Shown: positions 13,389-22,707 of the stretch, one piece after another | How the letters are laid out: each line of letters starts with the position of its first letter | Numbering within the stretch: position 1 is the first letter of the stretch | Assembly (NCBI GenBank): GCA_963745835.1 | Contig: CAVUZH010000016.1 | Coordinates: forward strand, 1 to 64,000 | DNA length: 64,000 nt | Direction: 5' to 3' | Origin: an uncultured delta proteobacterium | GTDB taxonomy: Bacteria; Desulfobacterota; Binatia; UBA9968 | Program-made: the position numbers and the translations under genes | The notes under the pieces: model-generated | Databases searched by the model: none | Seen by the model: the letters and a program-made list of their open reading frames with translations, nothing else | Told to the model about the DNA's origin: nothing

Positions 13389-14593
13389 TCAATTCTGTGC
13401 ATGCCACCAGGTCGGCAACTGCGATCCCTGCAGCGGCGTCATCTCCGGCCGTTCGATGCGTTTCCAGCGCGCGATCCATTGTTCCGGCTTGAAATAGAGC
13501 GGAATGACATAAGCGCCACTCAAAAGAACGCGATCATAGGCGCGAACGGCGTCGACGAACTCTTCGCGCGTGCGCGCATTGATCAGCGCCTCGATCATCG
13601 CGTCGACCGCCGGATCGGCGACGCCCGCATAGTTGAACGTGCCGGGCTTGTCCTTCGCCGACCGAACCCCAGCGCGACAGCTGCTCGACGCCGGGCGAGA
13701 GCGATGCCGTGTAGTTGAAGAACATGGCGTCGAAATCGTAGTTGATCTGCCGCTGCAGGAACTGCGCGGCGTCGACCGAGCGGACCGTCACCGCTATGCC
13801 GAGCTTCGCCAGCGTCTGCTGGTAGGCGACCGCGATCTGCTGGTTCTCGTTGCTCTTCAGCATGATCTCGAAGGCGACCGGCTTGCCGTCCGGCGCGGTC
13901 ATGCGGCCGTCTTTCAGCACGTAGCCTGCCGCCTTCAGCTTCTCGAAGCCGACGCGCATGAAGGCGCGGTCGAGCCCGCTGCCGTCGGAGACAGGCGGTG
14001 TCCAGCCGTTGGCCATGATCTCCGGCGTCACCGCGTCGGGGAAGGGGGCAAGCAGCGCCTTTTCCGCCTCGCTTGCCGGCCGGCCGGGCGAGGAGAGCTC
14101 GGAATTGTCGTAGAAGCTCTTGGTGCGCGTATAGGCGCCGGAGAACAGGCTGCGGTTCGCCCATTCGAAGTCGAAGAGGTCGATCAGCGCGGCGCGCAGC
14201 TTCGGATCCTGGAATACCGGCCGCCTGGTGTTCATGACGATGCCGAGCATGCCGGACGGCAGCCGCGTCTTGATCGCCTCCTTGAGGATGTCGCCGCGCG
14301 TCACCGCCGGGAAATTGTATTGGCTCGCCCAGCGGCCGCTGTTCTCGTCGATGAATACGTCGACCAGCCCCTTCTTGAACGCCTCGAACATGGCGTTCTC
14401 GTCGCGGAAATAGGTCAGCGAGATCGTGTCGTAATTGTCGAAGCCGCGCTTCGACGGGATGTCCTTGGCCCAGTAGTCCGGGTTGCGCCTGAAGGTCAGC
14501 GAGTTCGCCGGCGCGCAAGGATTCGAGCCTGTAAGGTCCGCTGCCGATCATCGGCTTCAGCGTCGACTTGTCGAACATGTCGGCATCGATCGC
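13389..14593 (-). CDS. Family-5 extracellular solute-binding protein (YejA-like); 5' part lost at the junction
   Basis: AIDADMFDKSTLKPMIGSGPY, NTRRPVFQDPKLRAAL..FDFEWAN, AVRAYDRVLL, C-terminal PTWWH; homology stops at about 14593. Confidence 0.9.
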
Positions 14594-14894
14594 TCACGAT
14601 TCGATCTCCGGAGAGAAAGAGGTTGAACCAGTGATCATTGTCCCTGAGACCAAAACTGTGCCCGACGCCAGCCGGAGCCGAAAGTTAAGGTTGAAAAAAA
14701 GGGTAGAGGCGTCAGGCACTGCAAGAAGTGCGGTGAAAAAGGCCACCGGTCCGACCACTGCCTCAAGGCGGCAAAGGCACAGGACAGTAAAGGAAAAAAT
14801 CCTCAATCTCAAGGATGAAGGGCTTACAGAAGACGAAGTTGCTGACCGGCTTGGGATTTCAATCTATGCCGTCAACAAATACTGGGATGACTAA
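14594..14894 (+). CDS. 3' fragment of a hypothetical protein with a basic linker and C-terminal helix-turn-helix
   Basis: KILNLKDEGLTEDEVADRLGISIYAVNKY is HTH-like; 5' end cut by the junction. Confidence 0.5.
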
Positions 14895-15308
14895 AAATGA
14901 ACGTTCAAAACTGGCGTCTGAACTCGAAACGAATCTTGGAAGGCGCGAAAGAAGAATCCGAAATCCCTTGAACATCTTCACACAACTGCTTCTAAGGGAG
15001 GAAAAGCACGTTGGAAAAAACTGTTAAGGAAATGATTCGCGGTCGGCTAAAATATCGCAATGCTTATACCATCGATAGAACATAAAGAAGTCGGACCACT
15101 TTGGGCGGCCAATTTTCCTAAGCGCAAATCGCATCGTTCATCCTTATCAGTCTGCGTAGACCTTAGCCAGATCGCTCAAACCACGGCACAAGAATTATTT
15201 ATGGAGAGCGATGATGCGAAAGTTAGGTTACGCCACGCGCTTACAATCTTGGCCATTCCCGAATCCGAGTTCTACAAGTTTCAAAAAGAGCTGCGACGTG
15301 AACTCTAA
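14887..15308 (+). CDS. Hypothetical protein, probably one frameshifted gene
   Basis: ATG overlaps the previous stop (ATGACTAA); ORF pieces 14887-15027 and 15060-15308; no recognised family. Confidence 0.35.
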
Positions 15309-15344
15309 CATCCCTCATTAGCCCAAAAAGTTATCCCAACTAAA

Positions 15345-15374
15345 TTGACAAGCCGAGCCGTTCGGCTAGATAGT
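15345..15374 (+). promoter_or_regulatory. Sigma70-like promoter with an inverted repeat in the spacer
   Basis: TTGACA 15345-15350, 18-nt spacer, GATAGT 15369-15374; AGCCGA-N5-TCGGCT at 15351-15367. Confidence 0.45.
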
Positions 15375-15829
15375 GGGAGAGTAGGCTTCCCAGTTGCCTA
15401 TACTGCCTAGTATCCGGGGCGTACTAACTGATTCCCGCTCCGGCTTCGGAAAATTGACCGCTGATATGAAGTAAAATCATCGCACGCGCCTGGAGGAGTA
15501 CCTTAGGGGTTTTCATACCGTCATCGATATTCTTAAGCCGCGTCATTCAGTGAATCTTCGCTACCAGCACGTTTCGCATAAACATAAATAACTCAGAACG
15601 CTTCCGTTTGCCGCTAATAGGCCGCAGCAAATCGCGCTCTTCACACGTGCTCCCTCACCATCGCGAAGCAAGTATACCAACATGTCTGGAAACAGAGCGC
15701 GAGTGGAGGTTACGCTCAGCTTTAATCGCTGCATCACCAGAAACGATGCTTGGCGTTGCCGATCTGTGCGCATCATGGTTTTCTCAGGAGCGCTATCCAT
15801 GAGCCCACGGAAACATCCGGGAGTCTTCC

Positions 15830-16371
15830 TGGCTTCGGTCTTATATCCTTTTGGCTTTGAATACTGGCCTGCGACGAGGTGAAATGCTTGGTCTTAGACG
15901 AAAACAGAACAGATGGAGCGTGGAATAATCGTCATTCGACAGCAGAAGACTCAGCGGATCAAAACCATCCCGCTGAATGAGGCCGCTCGCAAAGCCATTC
16001 TGGACCAAATCGGAAGGTCTTCGACCGACGACCGCTTGTTCCCGGTAAGCGATAGCGCCCTCTCGATTGCTTTCAAGCAAGCCCTGGAACGCGCCAGAAT
16101 TACGGACTTCCGGGTTTACGACTTACGCCATAGCTTCGCCAGTCACCTGCTTATGGCCGGTTCTGACCTGGCAACGGTAAGCCGATTGATGGGCCATGCC
16201 AGTCTTGCTATGACCATGAGGTATGCTCACTTGAGCCAACGCCATGACGCCGATGCGGTGGCCAAATTGGATGTGAAGTTGGCCGAAAACCGGAACACTT
16301 CGGAGAACGAAAAAGCGGAACTTATTGAAATTCCAGACAAACAGGCCGCTAGCTGGGTTTATGTAACATAA
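15830..16371 (+). pseudogene. Tyrosine recombinase/integrase catalytic-domain remnant
   Basis: WLRSYILLALNTGLRRGE (box I), a frameshift, then QKTQR, YDLRHSFASHL and MGHASLAMTMRYAH; in-frame TGA at 15800 upstream and no recognisable N-terminal domain. Confidence 0.85.
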
Positions 16372-16399
16372 AAGCCCAAGGGGAGAAAGCAAGGTAATC

Positions 16400-16886
16400 A
16401 TGACAAAATTAAGCCACATAGACGAGCAAGGGCGCGCCAGAATGGTCGACGTCAGCGACAAGAATGTAACCCGCAGAATCGCTGTTGCTCGTGGTGCAAT
16501 CACTATGCGCCCGGAGACTCTGGCCCTTATACTCGAAGAGAAAATCGAAAAAGGGAATGTCTTTTCCGTAGCTCGCGTGGCTGGAATCATGGCTGCCAAA
16601 AAAACCTCGGAGCTAATTCCGATGTGCCACCCGCTAAGCATCACTTCGGTGGAAATCAACTTAAATCCGCAAGAGAATCCATCGCGCGTCGAGATCGAAG
16701 CTGCCGTGCGCGTCGATGGCAAGACCGGCGTCGAGATGGAAGCCATGACTGCGGCATGCGTGGCCGGACTGACAATTTACGATATGTGTAAAGCCGTCGA
16801 TCGCGAGATGTCTATCAGTGAAGTCCGGTTGGTCAAGAAAAGCGGCGGCAAAAGCGGCTCCTTCATTCGCGACGAATACGCACTAA
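16400..16886 (+). CDS. moaC: Cyclic pyranopterin monophosphate synthase MoaC (true stop probably about 16886)
   Basis: LSHIDEQGRARMVDVS, ELIPMCHPL, KTGVEMEA, TIYDMCKAVD, KSGGKSG; the ORF track runs on through a repeat. Confidence 0.95.
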
Positions 16887-16970
16887 GGCAGTCGGCAATA
16901 GCCATTAGGCAGGCAGGAATAAAGACATATTTCTCCGCCTGTTGCCTATTTGCCCAATGCCTATTGCCTT
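16885..16970. repeat. Imperfect inverted repeat built from about 7-nt units (AGGCAAT-like / ATTGCCT-like)
   Basis: aaggcagt cggcaat agccatt aggcaggcagg ... cctgttgccta tttgccc aatgcct attgcctt. Confidence 0.7.
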
Positions 16971-16979
16971 TCACAAGCC

Positions 16980-18155
16980 ATGCAGCGCATCTTTCTGAAA
17001 AAGGGTCGCGAGGCTCCCATCTTGCGGGGGCATCCATGGATCTTTTCCGGCGCGATCGAAACAGTAGAAGGCGATCATGAGGATATCTGCATAGCCGATA
17101 TCCTTGACGCCGAGCGGCACTGGATCGCCCGTGGTTTTTTTAATGCCAAGTCGCAAATTCGCGTGCGCGTTTTGACCTGGAAAAATGAACCCATCGATCG
17201 AGATTTTTTCTCGCGTCGCTTATCTCAGGCCCTGTCGCTCAGGGAAGAATATCTTTCCGCCACAACCAATGCTTACCGTTTGATTAACGGCGAGGGCGAT
17301 TTTTTGCCTGGCTTGATCGTCGACCGCTATAACGATTTTCTTGTCTGCCAGTTTTTCACCGCTGGCATGGAAATGTTCAAAGGTGAAATTCTCAGCGCTC
17401 TCGGCAGTATCATCGGTATCAAGGGCATCTTTGAACGAAGCGAAGGCAAAGTACGCGACGAAGAAGGTCTCGCACCTGCTGTCGGCGGGCTCGCCGGTGA
17501 AGCGCCGCCAGATACGATTTCGATCGTGGAAAACGGTTTGAAATTTCTAGTCGATGTGAAGCGCGGACAGAAGACAGGTTTTTTTCTCGACCAAAGAGAC
17601 AACCGTGCTTTTCTCTCGACCTTGGCCCGCGGTCAAAGAATCTTGAATTGTTTCTCCTACAGCGGCGCTTTTTCGGTGTACGGCTTTAGTGGCGGCGCTC
17701 AAAGTATCCTCACGCTTGATTCGTCGAGACCGGCGCTCGAATTGGCGGAACAAAATCTCGCTCTTAATGGATTTGAAACCTCCGAAGGAGAGCTTCTGAA
17801 GGCCGATGCTTTTGCCTACTTGAAAGAAACCGACTCGAACTTTGACCTGATCGTTCTCGACCCTCCGTCATTGGCACCCAGGCGAAAGGACGTCATCGCA
17901 GCAACCGGCGGCTATAAGTTTCTCAACCTGCACGCATTGCGACACTTAAAACCGGGCGGGATCCTCCTGACGTTTTCCTGTTCGCAGCATCTTAGCGCCG
18001 ATCTTTTCCAAAAGGTGGTCTTCGGCGCCGCCGTCGATGCCGGTCGCAAAGTCATGATTCTTAGAAAGCTCGGTCACTCGATCGACCACCCGGTGAGCCT
18101 ACATCATCCTGAAGGCGACTATTTAAAGGGACTTGCCTTGAGAGTGTTTGACTAA
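16980..18155 (+). CDS. rlmI: Class I SAM-dependent 23S rRNA m5C1962 methyltransferase
   Basis: PUA-like GHPWIFSG, GEGDFLPGLIVDRY, GQKTGFFLDQRDNR, FSYSGAFS, VLDPP, TFSCS. Confidence 0.9.
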   Translation: MQRIFLKKGREAPILRGHPWIFSGAIETVEGDHEDICIADILDAERHWIARGFFNAKSQIRVRVLTWKNEPIDRDFFSRRLSQALSLREEYLSATTNAYRLINGEGDFLPGLIVDRYNDFLVCQFFTAGMEMFKGEILSALGSIIGIKGIFERSEGKVRDEEGLAPAVGGLAGEAPPDTISIVENGLKFLVDVKRGQKTGFFLDQRDNRAFLSTLARGQRILNCFSYSGAFSVYGFSGGAQSILTLDSSRPALELAEQNLALNGFETSEGELLKADAFAYLKETDSNFDLIVLDPPSLAPRRKDVIAATGGYKFLNLHALRHLKPGGILLTFSCSQHLSADLFQKVVFGAAVDAGRKVMILRKLGHSIDHPVSLHHPEGDYLKGLALRVFD

Positions 18156-18214
18156 TCCTCGCCCTGTGGTAGAGGTGCGTTGCCGGTCAAACAACATCTA
18201 GAGGCGAGGTGTCC

Positions 18215-18907
18215 ATGGCTCCTTACCAAACCATCAAAGATTGGCCCGCAGAGGATCGTCCTAGAGAAAAGCTTTTGGCCAAAGGACCACAATCTCTGAG
18301 CGATACCGAGCTTCTGGCCATCATTCTTAGAAACGGCAATGCCAGCACCGGCGAGAGCGCCATCGATCACGCGCGCTTATTGCTAGGCCGATTCGGTGGC
18401 CTTAAGGGAATGGAGGAGGCCGCCGGCAGCGACTTGGGCAAGGTCAAAGGAATTGGTCCGGCCAAAATAGCGCAAATCAAAGCCTCTTTGGAACTGGCAC
18501 GGCGAATCGGTAGTCATAAATGGGAGCCAGGTCAATCGTTGCGTTCATCCGAAGACGTCTTTCGCCATTTTCGCGACGATCTTGAAAAAGAGAAACGTGA
18601 ACTTTTTTACGTCGTTCTGTTAAACAACAAGAACAAAAAGATCCGCGACGTAAAGATATCCGAGGGCTCATTAACAGCATCGCTGGTTCATCCGCGCGAG
18701 GTCTACAACCCGGTCATCCGTGAATCGGCTGCGGCCGTCATTTTTGTTCATAATCATCCCAGCGGCGATCCCGCGCCAAGCCCCGAAGACATCGAGATCA
18801 CGCGCCGACTGAAAGAAGTCGGCGATCTCATGGGCGTCCGCGTCCTCGACCATGTCGTAGTGGGTCGAGACCGTTATTTTAGCTTCAACGATAAAGGAAT
18901 GCTCTAG
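18215..18907 (+). CDS. radC: RadC/JAB-domain protein (UPF0758)
   Basis: DRPREKL, ELLAIIL, HhH GIGPAK, HPREV, HNHPSGDPAPSPED, LDHVV. Confidence 0.95.
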   Translation: MAPYQTIKDWPAEDRPREKLLAKGPQSLSDTELLAIILRNGNASTGESAIDHARLLLGRFGGLKGMEEAAGSDLGKVKGIGPAKIAQIKASLELARRIGSHKWEPGQSLRSSEDVFRHFRDDLEKEKRELFYVVLLNNKNKKIRDVKISEGSLTASLVHPREVYNPVIRESAAAVIFVHNHPSGDPAPSPEDIEITRRLKEVGDLMGVRVLDHVVVGRDRYFSFNDKGML

Positions 18908-18989
18908 CCCTTCTTACCATTTAGAGGCAAACGACCCTCCGATCTTTGCGTGCATTGATGCGATTTCACGACTGGTCGGCAAAGTTTTA

Positions 18990-19018
18990 TTGACAACATC
19001 ACGCCAGCCGTTTATTGT
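18990..19018 (+). promoter_or_regulatory. Sigma70-like promoter for the M23 peptidase gene
   Basis: TTGACA-17 nt-TATTGT, 45 nt before the ATG. Confidence 0.55.
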
Positions 19019-19063
19019 TGCAACCAATTCCTTTCCAGACTGTTTGAACAAAGTCCTTATCGA

Positions 19064-20494
19064 ATGAGCGCCCTCGAAATCGGCCGACCTTCCAGGCGCA
19101 TTAACTTTCCAGGCAATCTTCTTGTTGTTTTAGGCATCATCGGTCTTCTGGCAGGCGGATATTTTCTGATTCCTCGTTTTGAATGGAAATCTCCGCAGAT
19201 TAAGGTGACTCCCGAAGCGGAAACCCTTGGGCTCGGTGAAATCAAGATTGACATAACCGAGCAAGGCACCGGCTTAAAATCGGTCAACGCTTCTCTAAGC
19301 GCAGGCGGCACAGAGCATTCTCTGGCTGCGGAACAGTACGATCAGCCAGTGATGCAGAAAACAATCACTGTCGCACTGTCCTCGAAGCTGAGCGGTCTCA
19401 AGGAAGGGCCGGCGGTATTGCGTATTAGCGCACGTGATCGGTCGTTATGGAGTTTTTTTCGCGGCAACGAAACCGTGCTGCAAAAAAGCGTGACCATCGA
19501 TATTACCCCGCCTACCATCGAACTGATCGCCGATGACGCTTATATCAACTTTGGCGGCACGGGTGTGTTGGTTTACAAACCTTCCGCAGACACAATTAGC
19601 AGTGGCGTCAAGATCGGCAACCACTTTTTTCCCGGATACAAGGGTCAGACAAAAGACCCCAGCGCTTATTTGGCTTTCTTTGCTCACCCCTACGACACTC
19701 CCGAGACCGAAAAGGCGACTCTCGTGGCATCCGATAAGGCCGGCAATGCCAGACAGATGGCGCTTGCCTATACTCTGAAAGGGGTTAGGTACAAAAAGAG
19801 TACGATTCCGATCTCCGATGAATTTATTCAAAATAAAATCGCGCCGTTGATCAACGATGTAGGCGCCCGGCAAGGTAGCGCCAAAGCGCTTTTCGTCAAG
19901 GTTAACCGCGAGATTCGTAAAGAGAACGAGTCAAAGATCAAAACGGTTACCCAAAAAACAGCAAGTTCCATGCTCTGGAGCGGTCCATTCAGCCAGCTCA
20001 CCAATTCAAAGGTCGAAGCGAACTTTGCAGACGCAAGGACGTATGTCTACAATAACGAGACTATCGACCACGCCTATCACTTAGGCTTCGACCTGTCGGT
20101 CACCAAGAGATATCCGGTGGAAGCAGCCAACAGCGGTGTTGTCGCTTTCGTCGGCGATTTAGGAATTTACGGAAATACGGTTATCCTCGATCATGGATTG
20201 GGGCTTGCGACACTTTATTCGCATCTTAGCTCTATCGAGGTCAAATCGGGTGAGCAAATCAAAAAGGCACAAATTCTAGGCAGAACCGGTGAAACGGGTC
20301 TAGCCGCCGGCGATCACCTGCATTATGGCGTTTACTTAAACGGCATCGCCGTACTGCCGTTGGAGTGGTGGGACGAGAAGTGGTTACGAGACAATGTCTA
20401 TCCCAAGCTCGAATCGTCCACCTCAGACCGCGCTGTCGAAACAAACCTCGAAACCAAGCCTATCGTTAAAAAGGTCAGTCGCCGCCGGCGCTAA
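19064..20494 (+). CDS. M23 family metallopeptidase with N-terminal membrane anchor
   Basis: TM segment; HLGFD (HxxxD), YGNTVILDHG, YSHLS, GETG..GDHLHY (HxH). Confidence 0.92.
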   Translation: MSALEIGRPSRRINFPGNLLVVLGIIGLLAGGYFLIPRFEWKSPQIKVTPEAETLGLGEIKIDITEQGTGLKSVNASLSAGGTEHSLAAEQYDQPVMQKTITVALSSKLSGLKEGPAVLRISARDRSLWSFFRGNETVLQKSVTIDITPPTIELIADDAYINFGGTGVLVYKPSADTISSGVKIGNHFFPGYKGQTKDPSAYLAFFAHPYDTPETEKATLVASDKAGNARQMALAYTLKGVRYKKSTIPISDEFIQNKIAPLINDVGARQGSAKALFVKVNREIRKENESKIKTVTQKTASSMLWSGPFSQLTNSKVEANFADARTYVYNNETIDHAYHLGFDLSVTKRYPVEAANSGVVAFVGDLGIYGNTVILDHGLGLATLYSHLSSIEVKSGEQIKKAQILGRTGETGLAAGDHLHYGVYLNGIAVLPLEWWDEKWLRDNVYPKLESSTSDRAVETNLETKPIVKKVSRRRR

Positions 20495-20530
20495 CCATTT
20501 TCCTGATTCATCGCCCGCAGAGCCGACTAC

Positions 20531-21934
20531 ATGAGGCGCCGACGTTCAGAATTGGTGTCTGACGAGGTCGCCCGCTTTGTTGCCAGGCTGCGGGCAAGAG
20601 ATCTCTCTCAAAGAGTAAAAGAAGCCGCCAAAGAACATCTGCTCGACGGCTTTGCGACGATGTTAGGAGGTGTCAAGGAAGACGCCAGCCGACACATCGA
20701 TAGCTATTTGCAAAATATACCAGCCAAAGCCGAGTCGACGGTGATCGGATCGGATAGGAAGCTTATTGCACAGTATGCCGCGCTCGCCAACGGAATTCGT
20801 GGACACGTATTGGACTTTGATGACGCCCAGCTCGCTACTTTGCCGTCGCGGCCCTACGGCCAACTTACGCACCCCACCACACCGGTTCTGGCCTCCGGTC
20901 TCGCATTGGCGGAAAAGATCAATGCCACGGGATCTGATCTATTGACTGCCTATATTGCCGGTGTGGAGGTGGCATGCCGCCTGGCCGACGCAATTCACCC
21001 GGACCATTATCTAAAGGGCTTTCATCCCACCGGAACTATCGGTGCCTTTGGCGCAACCGCTGCTTGCTCGCACCTGCTCAAGTTAGAACCTACTCGGATC
21101 CGCTGGGCTTTGGGCATCGCTGGGAGCCTTGCGTCGGGCGTGCGTGCTCATCGCGGCACGATGGCCAAATCGTTGAATGCCGGACACGCAGCCGAAAACG
21201 GCGTGGTTGCGGCAACACTCGCCCAAGCGGGTTTCACCGCGTCTAATAACATCTTCGACGATCCGATGGGTTACTTTAGTGCTGCCTGTTACGGCATGGT
21301 GGATCGGAAACTGATCAAGCTGGGGCCGCCTTATTTTCTTGTCCGTCCGGGCGTTGCGATTAAATTTTATCCTTGCGCCGGAGTACTGCATCCGGCGCTC
21401 GATTCGATCATTAACCTGACCGAGCAACATGATTTGCAACCGGATAAAGTTAAAAGCATTCGGGTCAGCCTCGGCTCGAATGCGGTGTTGCCGTTGGTCT
21501 ACGATCAGCCGAAGAGTGGATTGGAAGGAAAATTCAGCCTGCCGTTCTCAGCCGCTGTTGCCCTTATTTTTCGACGAGCCGGTCTCAGCGAGTATACGGA
21601 TCGAAATATTAAACACCCTAAAGTAACTGGTCTGATGAAACGTGTCTTCCTGTTGCGAGATCGGAGACTCCAATCGGCTGGAAATCTAGGTTGCCGCGCA
21701 GAAGTCGAAATTGAATTAGAAAACGGGAGAACTTACCGCAAGGGCGCAACCGTGGCGAAAGGTCATCCGGACAAACCTCTTACACGACAAGAACTCGAAG
21801 AGAAGTTTCAACAGTGCGCCGGCGACTCTATACCATTACGGGCCGCCAGGAAGTTCATCGAGGATCTCTGGTCTATAGAAAAAATCGACGCCCTAGCTCG
21901 ATGGCTCCGCTTGCTGCGCCCCATACGTCGTTGA
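20531..21934 (+). CDS. MmgE/PrpD family protein
   Basis: ALANGIRGHVLDFDD, HPT, GFHPTGTIG, IKFYPC, KFSLPF, KGHP..PLT..EEKF. Confidence 0.92.
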   Translation: MRRRRSELVSDEVARFVARLRARDLSQRVKEAAKEHLLDGFATMLGGVKEDASRHIDSYLQNIPAKAESTVIGSDRKLIAQYAALANGIRGHVLDFDDAQLATLPSRPYGQLTHPTTPVLASGLALAEKINATGSDLLTAYIAGVEVACRLADAIHPDHYLKGFHPTGTIGAFGATAACSHLLKLEPTRIRWALGIAGSLASGVRAHRGTMAKSLNAGHAAENGVVAATLAQAGFTASNNIFDDPMGYFSAACYGMVDRKLIKLGPPYFLVRPGVAIKFYPCAGVLHPALDSIINLTEQHDLQPDKVKSIRVSLGSNAVLPLVYDQPKSGLEGKFSLPFSAAVALIFRRAGLSEYTDRNIKHPKVTGLMKRVFLLRDRRLQSAGNLGCRAEVEIELENGRTYRKGATVAKGHPDKPLTRQELEEKFQQCAGDSIPLRAARKFIEDLWSIEKIDALARWLRLLRPIRR

Positions 21935-21993
21935 CTTTGATCCTTTATACGGAGAAAGTTGACTTTACCCTGGCGCAGAAAGGATGAACTACT

Positions 21994-22695
21994 ATGCGCA
22001 TCGTCGATCTCAGCATGACCGTCCAAGAGTGCGACTCGGCACCGTTTGCTCCGGAGGAAAACTATTTCAAGCTGAGACCCATTATCAAGTGGGAAGATAA
22101 AGGGTTTGTCTCCAATGTCGTGCAGATGACCGTCCACGTGGGAACCCACATCGACTCGCCGCATCATTTTTTTCGTGACAAGCCTTCAATAGAGCAACTA
22201 CCGCTCGAACCAATGTTCGGCACGGCGGTCATACTCGATTTGACCGCAAAGGGTGTTGCGCGCGCGATAATTACTCCCGACGACTTGACCCAAGCCGAAG
22301 AGAAGCTCAAGGAACAAGGTATCGAGATCCCGGAAGGCGGAATGCTTTTTCTTCGGACCGACTGGCCCAAAGGCCACGATACCGCGGATCCTAAATGGTG
22401 GAATGATTCCCCTTATCTGAATAAAGAGGCCGCGCAGTGGATTGTTGGTAAAAAACCGGCAGTAGTCGGCTTTGATTTCGCGCAGGAAGAAAAGGGAACG
22501 GACTATCAGAGCGCGGATCAAATTCTCGGGAGCGCCATGCGCGTGCACAGGACAATCCTCCCGAGGGTCACCTTTCAAATCGAAAATCTGATCAATCTCG
22601 ATCAGATCGGGCCCACCGCACAGGTGGTTGCTCTGCCGGTAAAGTGGAAAACCGAATCGGCGCCGGCGCGAGTAATTGCCCTGCTCGAGAACTAG
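21994..22695 (+). CDS. Cyclase family (kynurenine formamidase-like) metal hydrolase
   Basis: IVDLS start, HVGTHIDSPHH (HxGTHxDxPxH), IENLINL, SAPARVIA. Confidence 0.9.
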   Translation: MRIVDLSMTVQECDSAPFAPEENYFKLRPIIKWEDKGFVSNVVQMTVHVGTHIDSPHHFFRDKPSIEQLPLEPMFGTAVILDLTAKGVARAIITPDDLTQAEEKLKEQGIEIPEGGMLFLRTDWPKGHDTADPKWWNDSPYLNKEAAQWIVGKKPAVVGFDFAQEEKGTDYQSADQILGSAMRVHRTILPRVTFQIENLINLDQIGPTAQVVALPVKWKTESAPARVIALLEN

Positions 22696-22707
22696 CCCAA
22701 ATCATCG

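Noticed and set aside
10403-13718. Long antisense and alternative-frame ORFs (e.g. 10403-12061, 12258-13718)
   Set aside because: Shadow ORFs of high-GC genes with no family motifs
15375-15450. Hammerhead or HDV-like ribozyme assignment for the structured segment
   Set aside because: No CUGANGA core in the right context and no convincing HDV P1 helix; kept only as an unclassified candidate
16344-16354. Complete tRNA gene
   Set aside because: Only 11 nt resemble a tRNA 5' end; no cloverleaf follows
16372-16399. Moco riboswitch before moaC
   Set aside because: Only 28 nt separate the integrase stop from moaC, with no suitable structure
16880-17080. MoaC C-terminal extension
   Set aside because: It is a translation of the heptamer hairpin and overlaps rlmI; a near-frame TAA lies at 16884-16886
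18215-18907. radC as mobile-element or anti-defence cargo
   Set aside because: It is the full-length form with the N-terminal HhH region, in a housekeeping context
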